Assembly: GCA_963826525.1 (NCBI GenBank)
Contig: CAWGXH010000003.1
Span: 576,001-640,000, forward strand
Length of the DNA: 64,000 bases
From: an uncultured Methanomicrobiaceae archaeon
GTDB lineage: Archaea > Halobacteriota > Methanomicrobia > Methanomicrobiales > Methanoculleaceae
Direction: 5' to 3'
Position 1 is the first letter of the stretch, and each line of letters starts with the position of its first letter. Below are positions 62,970 through 64,000 of this stretch, one piece after another. The notes under the pieces are model-generated. The model saw only the letters and a list, made by a program, of their open reading frames with translations, ran no database searches and had not been told where the DNA came from. A program made the position numbers and the translations under genes.

Positions 62970-64000
62970 TTCGGATCATGGGTAAAGTCGATCAGGGCAA
63001 CGCAGAGCGTTTCGTTGTAGAAATCGCAGGCACCACTCCTGTTGCATCCGATCTCCCCGTAGGTGAAGAGGCCGATCACCGGGACGCTCCAGAGGTCGGC
63101 TGCAGCCCGTATCTCGTTGGCTACCATCGAACCGGCGGCATTGTATCGTGCAACGCAGGAGAAGAGCAGGACGAGATCGGCTTTCCGATCTCCTGCATGG
63201 AAATCCTGGAGTTCCCGGATCGATTTCTCGATGGTCTCATACCCGAACGAGCTGGAGAACCGCACCTTCGCCCCCTGCGGAACAGAACCCGCAAAAAAGA
63301 GAGTTCTTTGTTCGTATCGACAGCAAGGAATGCGCGGAGGACTTCAGTGCCGTCGGGCCTGGTAACGAGGAGCGGAAATGTCACCCCGACCTTCTGGAGT
63401 GTTTCGTCGCTTAAATTCAGATACTCCTTGAAAAGCCGGGCGGCAGGACGGTCATTGATGGTGTAGACGATATTCTCCTCGGATGAGGTGATCACCATCT
63501 CCGTGCCGACTCCGACCCAGCCGCTGCAGGCAATGCCGTCGATCTGCACCTTCGAACGATCGAATACGATGACGACAGCCCCGTCCGTAGAATAACCTTG
63601 ATGGGAAAAGACATAGGTCTCCGCAAAATTGCCGTCGTCACCTGCAATACCGCCGAAGAGAGGGGTATTCGGCGGACAGACTGCCCCGATTCCCTTGACG
63701 ATTGCCTCTCCGTCGTTTTTCAGGCCGGATATCGCAATAATGAACGCAGGGTTTTTGAAGGTCTCTGTTCCCCAGTTCCCTATCCGGCTTCCGAATTTAA
63801 CAGCCGATTCGTTGGCCCTCTCAAAGAGAGCAACGGAATACTGCGAGGGGTCGGGATCTGCGAGCCAGCAAACGGCCGACTGTTCGGTGATCGGGAGATC
63901 ATCCGAAACCAGTATCTCCCCTGCGGTAGAACAGCCGAAGATTGGGATACCCAGCAATGAGACGGCAGTGGACATTTCCGGAATGTTGAGTGCTGTCGAA
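62966..64000 (-). CDS. FIST-N/FIST-C sensor protein (5' end outside window), frame break near 63300
   Basis: IFGCSTAGEI, LFGGIAGDD, INDRPA, FSCVAR, GLFTYGEI..FYNET; ATGA overlap with the kinase. Confidence 0.9.

Noticed and set aside
9432-63400. Pseudogene or programmed-frameshift interpretation of the split genes
   Set aside because: Breaks are scattered, hit housekeeping genes and share no slippery motif; sequencing error is simpler.
1-64000. CRISPR array, rRNA, transposase
   Set aside because: No regularly spaced repeats, rRNA-like sequence or transposase motifs were seen.

Overview
GC-rich archaeal chromosomal DNA, most consistent with a Methanomicrobiales methanogen (Methanoculleus-like), judged from gene content (DUF1894, Isf-type flavoproteins, HdrB/C-like protein, archaeal PyrH, archaeal-type tRNA-Pro) and TATA-box promoters. 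It holds about 50 protein genes and one tRNA-Pro(UGG). I saw no rRNA, CRISPR array, integrase or transposase. More than 20 frame breaks interrupt otherwise intact genes (nadE, recQ, lon, msrB and others), which looks like uncorrected long-read indel error, so split ORFs are joined below. Main leads: (1) a repeated two-gene signalling cassette, a PAS/GAF histidine kinase followed by a multi-PAS protein ending in a catalytic-domain-less DHp-like tail whose H-box reads GDH(I/V)RxPL (His and Asp swapped), with three such tails and no response regulator in the window; (2) a PAPS-reductase-like Fe-S domain fused to a SufS-type cysteine desulfurase, the DndC+DndA pairing in one chain; (3) a small gene resembling the SaPI phage-packaging-interference protein Ppi, behind an AT-rich palindromic promoter and next to an orphan HTH-fused DNA methyltransferase; (4) a radical SAM protein resembling the GDGT-modifying Grs/Gms clan; (5) a stand-alone HdrC-HdrB fusion; (6) phased A10 tracts bracketed by a 10-bp direct repeat upstream of the phosphate-transport operon. 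All family calls come from motif recognition only; no database search was run.
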